Part shown: piece after piece, positions 39,887 through 53,860 of the stretch
Layout of the letters: every line of letters begins with the position of its first letter
Numbering within the stretch: position 1 is the first letter of the stretch
Assembly: GCA_951406725.2 (NCBI GenBank)
Contig: OX597819.1
Coordinates: 56,296,001 to 56,360,000, forward strand
Reading direction: 5' to 3'
DNA length: 64,000 nucleotides
Source of the DNA: Octopus vulgaris
Taxonomy: Eukaryota
Made by a program: the position numbers and the translations under genes
Notes under the pieces: model-generated
The model's database searches: none
The model's input: only the letters and a program-made list of their open reading frames with translations
Told to the model about the DNA's origin: nothing

Positions 39887-39938
39887 GTCTTACAGCTGTT
39901 TCCAGGATATTTATTAATTATATCCCTTCATCGGAGAC
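39887..39938 (-). ncRNA. variant type-I hammerhead (CCGATGA core)
   Basis: GTCT-CCGATGA-AGGGATAT(aattaataa)ATATCCTG-GAAA-CAGCT-GTA|AGAC. Palindrome ACAGCTGT. Lies in a ~270-bp insert between TA runs. Confidence 0.7.
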
Positions 39939-41654
39939 GGTGTGAGAAGCTGGTTAAGTAATAGTTAGTTTAGATAGGATACAAAAAAAGAGAGTGAGGT
40001 GGAGGAAAGAAAATAGATGTGTGATATGTATGGGTATATTGAATTTGTAGATCCATTTTTTAGGCAGAATGGTATATATGTAAGATTCCAATACCTTTAT
40101 ATATATATATATATATACATACATACATCTCTGTGTATATACATGCACACATATGCATACATATACATACAAGCACTCTCTTTCTCCCTCTAACGCACAC
40201 ACACATCGTGAGCCATATCCCTACTGCAAAAATGATTATTATTAATGATTATTAATTTCTATCGTCATCATATCATACTCATTACGATAATTATCGTAAC
40301 TATTGCATGTATTTTTAAATATTGTTGTTGTGATATAATTAAATTTCTCGGAAAAGTATATTTGGTGTGTTCTTTTCTAAAATGCATTTTGGGCCTAATT
40401 TCAATGCGTGAGTAAATGCGGATGGATGCAAGCCCTTCTATGTACTCAGTTACGTTTTATAGAGTTTTATAAATAGGAATTGTGATATTTCTATCTTTCC
40501 TGACGATGTACTTTTATGTGTAATATTAATTCTCCATTCCTCTTATTTGTAAAACAGCCTCCCTGCCCCCACTGGCGTTAGCTAAAATAAGATGGAAGTG
40601 TAAATATTTGACTACTCCACAGAGTAATGCGATACAACAGATTATCCATAAATTACCCTTACAATTTGATACAATAAGTTGCGCAAGTTTGAAAGATAAT
40701 TTATGGACATACTGTATACACAGTATATTTCTTAATCTTTTCAATCAACTATATTAGTCTCAGAGGATAGAAAAGAGTTGCATCGTTTATGATTTTTTTC
40801 TTAAAATCCATTATACGCAAATGTGAAATTGCTACAAACTGTGAAGAGTCAATACGCTTTGTTTTACAGCACACTTTGTAATGGTACATACAAAATAGGT
40901 GCTTCAAACACAATCTGTTTATTGATTTTTTTTATCAATGCTATCTGTCAACGGTTGTTTAGCCCTATTAACTTCAGGAAAGGAGAGAACATGGAGTATA
41001 AACGTTCAGGGATTTGTGATATAAATGACGTAAAAGAGATAAAAGTGGAAATGGAAATGGTGTGGCAGCATCAATTTATCGGAAGATTAACTCCAAATCT
41101 TTGGCGCGTGTCACAATCGGAGAATGTCAAACAGGTATTGTAAAGAAACAAAACGTACAAAGCGAAACAGCAAGAGAAACGAAACAAAAACAAACAAACA
41201 AACAAAAAACAAAACAAAAAACATGCAAATATCTTCTTAAATTTATCTCTCGCGATATTTATGGCGAGCGTACTTCAAACTAGAAACGGGTGAAAAGCAA
41301 GTATGACTAAAAGCCAATGTTTTGGAAGTTTCTAAGTATTTACCGAACAAATAAAACTCTGTGTTGAGGATTATACAGAGGATGTTATTTCTACATTATG
41401 AATCGCAGTCACCGTTCGAGGTTGGTCCCTGAATTAACATAATAGATGAGAATCCGAAAGGGTCAGTGCGTACGAATATGAAAGCCTTAGTTTCCTTCAG
41501 GATTTCATTTCTGCGAACGTTACTTGATGAAATGTGCTTTATGCTTATTATGTTATGTTAAAGGAAAACACCAAATCTAACTGTGAACAGAAATTCTCTT
41601 GTGCATGAGAGAATTGTCGCATCACTGATCAAAAGAACGTTTTAATCAATAATC

Positions 41655-41733
<79 letters not shown>

Positions 41734-41939
41734 TTACGTATGTATTTGCATACAGTATGCTTAATGGCACTCTAACTAATTATTCGACGTTAGTATTGAC
41801 GTTCAATATATTGACGCACTCACGCACATATATGGACACTTACACGTGTACAGTTTCACACACTCATATACATACATCTCAATCTTTCTCTCTTCTTCCT
41901 TCCTTCCCTCCCTCCCTATCTGTCCCTCTCTCACACATG

Positions 41940-41970
<31 letters not shown>

Positions 41971-43213
41971 AAAAGCACAGACACTCATATAACGACCCTC
42001 GGTGCGGTTTGCGTTTACTGAATTCAATTCCACTTAACAATTATCGGTCCCCTGGAAGCCATGATAGAAGTTTTACTGAGATGCCGTCCGCTGAAATGAG
42101 ATCTAAAACCACTATATGTTATGTAAAATTCCCGGCTTCACGCTTATGCACCACATAACATGTATTACATGGCAAAAGAGAGACATGGCGTGTTTTCAAG
42201 TGAGACAAACATATATTGAAAGAATTTATTCCATTTATATGAAACAGTTTTATTTTTCTATTGTTGATGTTATTTACCGTAGGTCAGCCCTAGTCAGGCA
42301 GAACTATGAGGAAATATATTTCTGCTCTGGCTATCCTAACTCCTTCGAGATATCCGGGATTGAACGAACTGAGCATTACAACTGCTTTTTCTTATCTAAG
42401 GCGTCAAATCTTTAAAAATCGTTCTCGCCCATATTTTTCTGCATTCGGCAACTTGCAGCTGTTCAAATGAAATATTAATTACTTAGGTTCTGCCGATACA
42501 AATAATGTTCATTTGTTTCCAGCGTGTAGGGCGTAATTCTATTGGAATTTTACGCCTCTTTGTATCTGTACTGACAACATCATGCTATGTACTCTCTTTG
42601 GTTTCTTTTAATTTAAGCTCTCAAACCCATCAACCTCTCTAAGATGTCCGCATGTTCGCAATACCCATAAAATACTTTGTAAGATACACGATGCGTTGCA
42701 TAAAATGAATAATCTTCGTAGATTTCGCTTTGTATATAAACCTCTTGAGGTACAATATCACGTTGCTGAGAGCACGGGTGGCTGTGATGTCAATGTTTCG
42801 AATCTTGTCATGGAGATCCTGAGTCTACAACGTCGATAAATACTGCATAACCATAACAGTCTTCATTAGGGATGGCACATACTTCAGCAATCATTAATTT
42901 CTGAAACGTCTTAAGGGATGGAAACATGACCGATAGAATACTACTTCCACATTGTAAACAACGTTGCTATTACATCTACAGAAATCCCGGAGAGCATAAA
43001 GATAGCTCGACTGATTAATACGATGTCGCTCACCACCTTTCCTCAGCCGCTGATTCATAAACTGAGTCACTAATGTCTTTACTTTTACTACCTGTATTAC
43101 GCAGATCTCTGCTCCTCGGAGTAGGATGGTCTATGGGCTTTCTTGCATCTTCCCGAGTTCTTGTTCTTCCCTATTCCCTCTTCCTTTCGTTTGTTTTGTT
43201 TTACGCATTTGTA

Positions 43214-43333
43214 TTCACTCTGATGAAGCTCCATGTACTAGATCGAATGTGCTATGAAGATGACGAATATTATTTTCGGAATTTTTTTCGTAGGCACCGA
43301 CTAACATTGGAAGTAGAAACGGCGGTAAGAAAT
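43214..43333 (+). ncRNA. decayed hammerhead with extended stem II
   Basis: CTGATGA-AGCTCCATGT...ACATTGGAAGTA-GAAA-CGGCG-GTA. Nested imperfect pairing (GTGCTA/TAGGCAC). Stem I is only 2 bp. Confidence 0.45.
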
Positions 43334-43437
43334 GTTATGTCATGTCTAGTATCAAAAAATAATCTACTGATGTGGTTCAATTTGTTTGTTTGTTGATCAA
43401 AAGTTTCCTGCATTTTCTGATTATTCAATTTTCATAT

Positions 43438-43526
<89 letters not shown>

Positions 43527-44359
43527 CATACATACACACACATTTAAACACACGTGTTATTCTGTCTCTAAATTATGTTATTGTTTTGGCGTAGCCACTG
43601 ATGAGAACGTCGCCTAGCAAATTATTTTATTTGCTAATTAGAGTTCGAAATCTAGGTATGGCTGTAAAAAAAAAACAAGGTAAAAGATTTTATTTTTCAT
43701 TTCCTTCGAAATTGTTCTTGATGTGGTTTTGGTCGTTTTGACTGCTCCTTCTAGCATGTACGGCTGCCTGTTAAGGGACGCCTCTTTTGTATTTTAAATG
43801 TACACTAAAGTTATATATATATGCGTGTGGGAGCATGTATTTAAGTAATTCTGTTTGTGTGCATGATGAGAAAGAGATACAGGGAGAGAGAGAGAGAATT
43901 AAGAAGAGTAACTCACATCCTTTATGATGATAAAACACATTTTGTCTCGGGTTCAATGTCAACTATTGTTTATCACATCTATACCGTACACACACATGTA
44001 AGTTAAACATTGAGAAGCAACTCCCACACGCAGATACACACCCACGCAGACACATTCATACATATATATACCATTAAAATAATATCCTGAAATAATTTAT
44101 TGTTTGTAGAAGAAATAGCGGAACATAAATTGTTGAACGTAAAATAAGAAATTTCTCTTAATGTATCGCTTTTTTATATTTTTATTGAAAGTGATGTTTA
44201 TTTTATAATTTTATTTGTAAAATGCAGAATATCATGTATTGATACTTAAACAAATTCCAGGGAAAATAATGTTTGAAATACTGTGACATACCAATGTATT
44301 GCCTCAACGCCTACTATTGTGAATATTACGATAAGCAATGAAAATAAAAGTACTATTTC

Positions 44360-44590
44360 GACTCACTTAGGGCCAGTTACCCGCTTTCTATGGTGTATAA
44401 GTGACGGGGCTGACAACACTTCTACTGAACGAGACGCTAAACCATTGCCGGGTAAATTTAAAACTGTGTAGACTGGAGCAACGTGAAATGAAGTGTACTG
44501 TTCAAGAACACAACGAATCTCCCAATTCGGTCTTGGAATCGAAACCTTGATATTGTGATCATGAGAGGAGCCCTCTAAATACTAGCGCAC
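44360..44590 (-). mobile_element. old tRNA-derived SINE
   Basis: B-box complement GGAATCGAAACC. Tail resembles 50065-50145. A similar decayed copy lies at ~36420-36540. Confidence 0.5.
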
Positions 44591-44651
44591 ACCTTCCCAA
44601 TAGAAGGTTAAAAAGTGGTATTAGCTGTGCAAAAAATAAAGAAAAGATTAG

Positions 44652-45080
44652 GGACCTTTTCGGTTTGAACGGCAGTTTTTAAAAATAATTTCCACGTAAT
44701 TAAACACTTTTAAACTTCGTATACTGGTAGAATGTGTTTCTAAAACATCTTTTTCTCTTGGCTTGAGAACATTCTATAGTTTGTAAGATATTTGTTGTTG
44801 TTTTTCTTCAATTTCGGCAATTTCAACCAATCAATGACGTCTATTGAGTTAAAAAACATTCTGTGCCGTATGAATATGTCCCTCGTTTAAGAAACAGATT
44901 GGGTTTATTTACATTTGTGAAGAAAAACAGATACCCTTCCCCTAACCCTAACCCTAACCCTAACTAACCCTAACCCTAAAACAGATTGAAATGCAATAGA
45001 TCGATACTAGAGTCATAATTATGGGTGACAATTTCATATGACACCGCTAGAAAAAAATGCCGTTCAAACCGAAAACATCC
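44652..45080. mobile_element. MITE-like element with ~28-bp TIR and internal (CCCTAA)n
   Basis: GGACCTTTTCGGTTTGAACGGCAGTTTTT versus AAAAAATGCCGTTCAAACCGAAAACATCC. CCCTAA array at ~44939-44979. Confidence 0.75.
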
Positions 45081-45740
45081 AAGATTAGACGACAAACAAA
45101 CAAAAATGAAGAAACATTTATGGATTCTTCCATAAAATTTGTAGTAGAAAAGAAAAGAGACGAGGTATCTCATGACTATCGTACCAGTTCAATGCAAGTG
45201 TTCACGTAGTTTAAAATTTTATTGAAGCTAATTTCAAGATTTTACTTTCTCTTTTTAATTGGTGTAGCAATGAAACAGTTGTATTAGTGACCGCTTGCGT
45301 ATCATACTAAATGTATAAACCGTTTGAAGGCTTGATGCAGAGTAGTCGTCTGAGTTAAAATCTCTCCAGAGACTTGTTCTATTAAAAACACAATATATAT
45401 ATATATATAAAGAGAGAGAAGGATATCATCGCTGCTGTGACTTATGAGAAACTTAGTCTCGTTTCGCCTTTGTTGAGACTTTGTCAATGACATGCGGTCT
45501 GATTGTCACCTGCCTGTGGCACGCATCAACTTGTTCTAATATTTTATAAACCTGGGAAACTCGTGGAGTTGCTTTTACTAAACAAATATCATAACGCATG
45601 ACACAAATAGAAAATAAGACATTCTCCAGTGGTAGAAATTTCTCAAGACGAAAAACAAGAAGGAAAAAAACTGAAGATTCTCACAACACAAACCAATTAC
45701 AAATAACAAATGATACGTTTAATACCTTTGGAACGTTAAG

Positions 45741-46137
45741 TCGGCGAGCTGGCAGAATCGTTAGCACGCCGGGCGAAATGCCTAGCGGTGTTTCGTCTGC
45801 CGCTATGTTCTGAGTTCAAATTCCCCCGAGGTCGACTTTGCCTTTCATCCATTCGGGGTCGATTAAATAAGTATCAGTTACGCACTAGGGTCAATATAAT
45901 CGACTTAATCCATTTGTCTGTCCTTGTTTGTCCTCTCTGTGTTTAGCCCCTTGTGGGTAGTAAAGAAATAGGTATTTCATCTGCTGCTACGTTCTGAGTT
46001 CAAATTCCGCCTAGGTCGACTTTGCCTTTCATACTTTCAGGTCGATAAATTAATTTCCAGTTGCGTACTGAGGTTGATCTAATCGACTGGCCCCTCCCCC
46101 AAAATTCCGGTCCTTGTGCCTAGAGTAGAAAAGAATA
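45741..46137 (+). mobile_element. SINE family B dimer (tail 1 + tail 2)
   Basis: Junction AAAGAAATA|GGTATTTCATC at 45970/45971. Confidence 0.9.
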
Positions 46138-46446
46138 TCTTTGGAACTTTACGGTGTAATACATTTGTATTTTCCCAGAAAATTTGCAAAGCTGAATACC
46201 ACTTGCTTGAGTGATCTAGAAGAAAATATGAAGTGAAAGTTCTCAAGGTTCAGAAATATATTTGTTATATTCACTACGAAGCACCTATTCATACGGCTGT
46301 TGACTTTTTTTTTACTTCAATAAGTGAATCTGTTACCTTTGTCGTGCTCCTATATCTACTGTGAAGTTCAAATCTCGCTCAAAAGAAGATGTGATATTTT
46401 GTCATATTAAAAATCATTTGGTGGGAATATATTTTTGAAATGAGAT

Positions 46447-46845
46447 TCTTTTCTACTCTAGGCACAAGACCCGAAATTTGGGGGCAGGGGGGTCAGTCAA
46501 TTAAATCGACCCCAGTACGTAACTGGTACTTAATTTATCAACCCCGAAAGGATGAAAGGCAAATTCGACCTCGGCGGAATTTGAACTCAGAACGTAGCGG
46601 CAGACGAAATACCTATTTCTTTACTACCCACAAGGGGCTAAAGACAGAGAGGACAAACAAGGACAGATAAACGGATCAAGTCGATCATATCGACCCCAGT
46701 GCGTAACTGGTACTTATTTAATCGACCCCGAAAGGATGAAAAGCAAAGTCGACCTCGGCGGAATTTGAACTCAGAACGAAGCGGCAGACGAAATACCGCT
46801 AAGCATTTCGCCCGGCGTGCTAACGATTCTGCCAGCTCGCCGCCT
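46447..46845 (-). mobile_element. SINE family B dimer (tail 1 + tail 2)
   Basis: Junction GACGAAATACC|TATTTCTTT at 46613/46614. Confidence 0.9.
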
Positions 46846-47884
46846 TAAAACGATGAGATTAAGCAATCCGTAGGGCAATTTCTCGACAATTGTGGACGAT
46901 ATTTCTTTGAAAAAGGTCTTTTGGTAATCTTGTACATAGGAAGAAATAACTTGAAAATTTAGACAGTTAGTAAGAGAAATAATAACTATGTATGTTGCGC
47001 TTTATTTGTTATAGGAACTTAGTGATTGATTTTTTTATTCTCATTTAGCCAAGGACTTATTGAACCAACTACATGTGGGTATAAACACACACAGTCACAG
47101 ACACCCACACACACAGACAGAGACACACACAGGCACACACGCACGCACACGCACATATATGTGGGTGTGTATGTGTGTGTGTATGGGTGTGTGGGTGGGT
47201 GGGTGTATGTTTGGGTGTATTGACATATTGATTCACAGTACAAACTTATATACATATATTTACATAATAATATATATGCATCTACTGAGCGCGACAGTTC
47301 CCGATTATCCGTTGAAATGATTTATATTTCACACCGTTAATGCTCTGGGGGTGTATATATAAACGTGGTTATATGCAAATCAACAGACTCTCACGCCATA
47401 TACGTTATTATACCCACTGAAATGAAACCGATATATGTGTGTATGTATGTGTGCGTGTTGAGAGAGAGAGGGAAAGAGAGAGAGAGAGTGAAAGTGAAAG
47501 TGTGTGTGTGGAAATTGTTTCGTCTAGAACTGAGTTTTCTGTTTCACGAGGCGTAGTGATTAGGACATTTGAGCTCACGAATGATAAGGTAATAAGTTCG
47601 GTTTCTGAATTGGGCGACCCGTTGTGTCCTTCCATAGGGCACATCATTCAATTTGCTTTGCAAAATGTGAGTACCAACCGACTACTGGTGCGGCTCTTTC
47701 CCCTTCTTTTGATTGTGACTGGTCAAAGGTGGGGCGGCCGAGAGGATGGTTCTCTGCTTGCGACTAGACAGATGCCTAAAACGATTAGTGAAAGCATGGT
47801 GCGTGATACCAGATCATATTTTCCTGCTAGTAACGGCTAGCAATTTATACAATTTAAATGATCGGATAATTCTTTGACAGGGAC

Positions 47885-48027
47885 TCGGGTCAGTAGTGTG
47901 ATAAGAAGCATGCTTCCCAACTACATGGTTCTGGGTTCAGTCCCACTGATTGTTACCTTGGGCATGTGATTTCTACTAGAGCTTCGAGCGACCGATGCCT
48001 TGTGGGTGGATTTGGTAGTCCGTCGTA
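47885..48027 (+). mobile_element. SINE family A 5' half
   Basis: Family match. Confidence 0.75.
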
Positions 48028-48035
48028 TATATATA

Positions 48036-48343
<308 letters not shown>

Positions 48344-48390
48344 ATTATATATAAATGGAGTTAAACGCAGGTTTTATTCAAATACCTTTG

Positions 48391-48478
48391 CTTCCGACAC
48401 ATGTTTCGAAAAAAACATTGGTATTATTCCCAAGGAATAAAATGGTGTAAAACAATGTAATCTTCTCATCAGAGAAAG
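48391..48478 (-). ncRNA. type-I hammerhead with long stem II
   Basis: CTTTCT-CTGATGA-GAAGA..ACATTG...CAATGT..TTTTC-GAAA-CATGT-GTC|GGAAG. Confidence 0.7.
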
Positions 48479-48756
48479 AAAAAAAAGAAACTAAATTCAT
48501 CAATAAGGCATTTTAACAGAATGTGATGGATGTGTATAATGATGAACGGAACGCTATTAAGTCTTTTCTAAAAAACGTTAGAGAATATAACGTCAAAGGT
48601 AGCCTGTAGACAGAGGAGGGGTAACGGAAAGAAACAAGCAGAAAACTAATAAATGAGAAATATTGAGTGATATGTGAATTAAATAAAAGCTTAAAGGCTT
48701 GGAAAAAGATACATCTAGTGGAAGTGAAATGTAAGAAGAAAATCAATGTTGAAATT

Positions 48757-49105
48757 CGAGTAGCCCATCCCACTCAAAAGGTCCCTGAATAAGGATTGTT
48801 TAAGGATGTTGAACGAAACACCCATGTTTCCGAAGGTGAATTATCCAAACCCCAAAGAATTCCTCTCAACACATGGCTATGATGCTCCCCCACTACTTCT
48901 ACTTATGATGAAAGATGCATATATCGTCAACCACTATGGGACATGGTCAACTGGTTAAAGTCAAACAACTGACAATCAAATATGTGGTATTGAGCAGAAT
49001 ATTTGATGTAGCCCATCTTTTATACCAAGACAAAACAATGCACATGATAACACTTCCAATCATTTAAGATCAGAAGCCACGAGAGCCACTGCCTGGTACT
49101 GCATC
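48757..49105. mobile_element. second copy of the (TAA)n-associated repeat
   Basis: Matches 11739-12015 and is followed by (TTA)n. Confidence 0.7.
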
Positions 49106-49194
<89 letters not shown>

Positions 49195-49569
49195 TTATCT
49201 TACATTATATCAGTACAGCTTGATACAACCCCCAAAACTGGTTCACTAATCAGCATCATTAGACTGTGGCCGGCATAATAGAATAGGAGCTTTACTGGCA
49301 TTTTCAAAAAGTTTCCCACAAACAAATTTAAAAGATAAATATACAGCTGTGTATATATGAATGTATGTATTACGTATTCATGTACATAAACACCTCGAAA
49401 CCAAATGTAAAGCATTATTGTATAAAATTTCATTTGTCTTTTCTTCATTGAATATTTACTAGTTGAAAAAGGGTTTCCTTCTAGCTACTCTGCCATAAAT
49501 AACCAAGTTTATGGAAATACTCAGTAGCACTCTGACCCATTTGGAGTTGGTTTGCGATATCAGCTGCCA

Positions 49570-49875
49570 TTCAAAGGTGTTTATTTTCATTTTTCAACAA
49601 TCTATTTTACCACGGTAAACAGACCTGTCTGAGAGCTCAGATTGACTTGAGCAGGATACATTTGGGTGCTTTCGTTTGCTGATAAATCTGTTGATTTAAC
49701 AGCGGGAATCCCAAGAATTTGTGCAATCTTACGCTGGCTAAATCCACCCTGAAAATGACTCACACTACGCCTTCTTTGAAAATGAGACGACTGCTTTACC
49801 TCTAGAGTTCGCAGCTTGGTTTGATGCTGTAAGCAATTTACATATTGCAAATTTAAGGAAAAATAACACCACTCA
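49570..49875 (-). mobile_element. possible decayed Tc1-like remnant
   Basis: HTH-like peptide GFSQRKIAQILGI and short inverted motifs GGTGTTTATTTTC / GAAAAATAACACC. Confidence 0.3.
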
Positions 49876-50034
49876 AATAAAACGATATAATGAGGGTTGC
49901 CTATTCACTTTTGAGATGTTTGTAAATATATGTATACATATGTATGTATGTATGCATGTATGTATGTATGTATGTATGTATGTATGTATGTATGTATGTA
50001 TGTATGTATGTATGTATGTATGTACGTACGTATA

Positions 50035-50216
50035 TTTTATTTATTTATGCGCCCTTTTCAAGCCTAGCCAGACTCATGGGCCCGGTTTCTCGGTTTCTGT
50101 GGCGTATTTTCCCCACAGCTGGACGGGACGCCGGTCCATCGCAGCGTTACTTATGAAACAAGAAGAGAGAGAGAGAGAGAGAGAGTGAGAGAAAGTTGGG
50201 GCGAAAGAGTACAGCA
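50035..50216 (-). mobile_element. SINE family C body with tail variant 3
   Basis: GAGTGAGAGAAAGTTGGGGCGAAAGAGTACAGCA matches 127-160, but the tail differs. Confidence 0.65.
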
Positions 50217-50840
50217 TCTCTGATGTATTTCCATTTGCAGTGATATTTAAATAATGTAGCTGACCAGAGCATCTCTGGTGTTACATGCCCAATATTCCGT
50301 GTTGTGGAGGTGCCTATAGCTTTATTAGGAAATGTAATGCCGAAGTCACAGGGACATACTTGTTGGGTGACTATAGTTCACCAAAATACACACATATAGC
50401 ATAATCCCCCGTCAGATTCACTCAGTGAAACAGTCCTTCAGATTTTCTGTAAAAGAACTTAAAAGGTTGGGCCTCCCGGTACCCTTAAAGCCAGGAACTT
50501 TTCAGCACATCCTCATATATATATATATAACTACAAATTTGGGATTTTACCTATAGTACCCACAGACAGGTAAGTTATATAGGTTCTTTCAAATATTTAA
50601 AAAAATAATTGTATTGTATTTCATAGGAGGTTTTTAAATGCTTTTATTATTTTATTAGATATAACTTTCTATGTGTATTCCATAAAATAAGGTTATCCTG
50701 AAACAGGAGTTGCGTTTCTATTGGTAAAATCCCAAATTTGCAATAATATTATAAATGATACTGGTTACATGGCATTAGTAAAGTGTAAAATAGTAAATGT
50801 CCTGATAACCTGGAATACTTATTATTCCCTAAGATTTAAA

Positions 50841-50918
<78 letters not shown>

Positions 50919-52033
50919 GGTGTGTGTGTATGTGTGTATGTAATGTCAAAATTTGACAGTCTAGTATGAGTTTTAATCTTGGCCGTTGGTGATTATATAT
51001 TCATGAGGGTACATGTGGTGTGCTGCCTGAAAGTGTGTCTGCATATGTGCGAGCGGGAGTGTACACGTGTGTATGCATGTCTGTATACATGTGCGTGTGT
51101 GTGTGTGTGTGTGTGTATGCGTGCATGTGCGTATATACAGCTATTTCTGACCGAGTATGTGTGCAATGCATGCCTCTCTGGGGCAGTTATAATAATCATC
51201 AACGCGGTTTCATTTTTCGAATTGCACGGAGAAAGAAGGAAAAAAAGAGTAAAACAAAATTAATAAACAAGAAATAAAAAAGAGACCATACACTATAAAT
51301 CTAATGAAAATATATATTTTTCTCATTTATTTGCCATTTTATTTTAGTTCCATTTCCATTGCTTTTTCATTTCTTACCGTTTTCTTTGCGTTAATATTTC
51401 ATGGTATCCATTTTTTTCCTCTTCTGTTTTTCTATCTATCTGTCATCATTTGTTTTTCACGCATTTGTTTCTCACAAATGTGTTTTCCTTAAAGAAAAAC
51501 TCAGCTACGACATTAAATATTTCATGTTTTCCGAAAATAGACGAAGAAAAAAAAATATATATATATAAATGTAGGCAAAAAAAAAACCCTACAAAAACTA
51601 TCAATACGTAAATATATGTATGAATAAAAAAATTAGTAAACAAAAAAGAAAACTAGAAAATACTTTATATAAAATAAAGAAAAAAATAGCAATTCTCTTT
51701 TTGCTTGAACTTTGCAGGAATGACATTTACCTGAACAAAGAGTCTGTCCAAACACAGCCATATCAACACGAAACCTAACGCAGATGTTTAAAAGGAGATA
51801 TTGAATTCAAACAAAATGCTGTTTCTCAACAGATATGTCAATAACAGTGCGGCAAGAGCGTTTGCTTTGGAAACGTGTCTCTCCCATGTTAATACACCTC
51901 ACCATTCCCTTTCCAATTGATGGACAAACATGTTCAACTCACGAATGACAGCCGATAAATATTTTTGTCAAACATTTGTCGGAAAGAAATTTAAAACTTT
52001 TTCTACAGCGTACGTGGATCTAACTATCTATCC

Positions 52034-52123
<90 letters not shown>

Positions 52124-52321
52124 TTATCTACCTACCTACCTACCTACCTACCTACCTACCTACCTACCTACCTACCTACCTATCTATCTATCTATCTATC
52201 TATCCATGTATCTCTCCTCGTTTATTTATATGTATATATGAAGGAAGAATCTAAATTCATATTTATATGTACATAGGCCTGTGCTTGTGGGTATCTGTAC
52301 ATGCTTATACGTAAGTATGCA

Positions 52322-52389
<68 letters not shown>

Positions 52390-52404
52390 TATACATATAT
52401 ATAC

Positions 52405-52463
<59 letters not shown>

Positions 52464-52464
52464 C

Positions 52465-52497
<33 letters not shown>

Positions 52498-52577
52498 CAT
52501 ATACATATGTATATATACATATGTATATGTATCTATCTATCATATGTATATGTATATATAGATACATATATATACAT

Positions 52578-52622
<45 letters not shown>

Positions 52623-53534
52623 CTTATACGTATATATATCTACATTTATTTATATATATAAATATTTATTTTTGTGTATGTTCATACATAAACATATATA
52701 TATATATGGATAGATAGATAGATATGGAGAGAAAGGGCGATAGAAGATAAAAACAGCACACACAAACATGCAAACACACGCACACACATACAAGCACACA
52801 CACACGCATACACACACAAACACACAAACACACAAACACACACACATACACATGAATACAGCTTCTTATTTACGCATTGGCGTTTCGAATTGCAATTTTT
52901 AATAAAAGAAATATAAACGTAAGACAATATTTTTCTGTAAGAAATAACTTATAAAAAATAAACGAAGTCAAATTTATGATTTCCTAACTATATTTCTTTT
53001 TTTTTTAATATTTAAAGAATTTAAGGAAATTCTTTTAGTAAAAAACAAAAAAACTTCCGAAAATAATGACGTATAACGTAGCCAAATATTAAAATAGAAT
53101 TTACAATGTTTACTATTCACAAATACATACTTCCTTCCACATTGAAATTTATAAATTTCTATGGTAATTTTTACTTTCATTTGCTCAGAATTTTTATTCA
53201 GTTATTACGTGGTCCTGTTGAACACGCTAGATTCACGGTAAGTTCCAATCAAGCTGAGTCTAGCTAAACGATTTCAAGTATTTTTTCCTTGCTCTAATCA
53301 TTTCATTACACCTGCATCCCTAATGCTTTCGTTTTTAGATATGATTTATGAAATGCGTTCACTGTGTATCTGCTACTTTGTTACGGTTGATTTTGTTGTA
53401 ACTATTTTCAAATTGACTCTGAATGAGAGAACGATAACTAAATACATTCCAACCATGCCAATTCCATTTTTTCTTTCAGAGGAACAAAATGCTAATTCTA
53501 CATTTTAAGTAAGTAAAGTGTAGCATACTTAAAA

Positions 53535-53860
53535 TTAGATGGCGCGAACACATAAGCAATATGGAGCTATGGCAAAGAACAAATCAAGTTTCGATTAGGG
53601 AGCAAATATTTAAGAAAAAGTGGAAGTGGATTGGTAGCACAATTAGTAAAGAAACACCAAATGTAGCGAAAGGTGCTTTACAGTGGAAACCGGGTGGATA
53701 TAGAAAGAGAGGAAGGCCTAAGAACTCGTGGCGTAGATTAACATAAAAGGAACTAGAGAAAGGGGACATTCATGGCAGAGTATTAGTACAGAAGCGACAA
53801 ATTATGCGACATGGAATTCAAATATAAGTGGTCTATACTCTGTGTTGGAGGGTTAAAGGC
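53535..53860 (+). mobile_element. RTE-type LINE 3' fragment
   Basis: ELWQRTNQ...KWKWIG...ALQWKPGGYRKRGRPKNSWRR. Confidence 0.8.

Noticed and set aside
43595-43620. CTGATGAG motif
   Set aside because: No matching GAAA or stems nearby.
44939-44979. True telomere or chromosome fusion site
   Set aside because: Only ~40 bp, single orientation and inside a TIR element.
51731-51775. Possible 44-nt minus-strand exon (TTAG...CAG|GTAAAT)
   Set aside because: Splice-like motifs only, with no recognisable peptide or partner exons.
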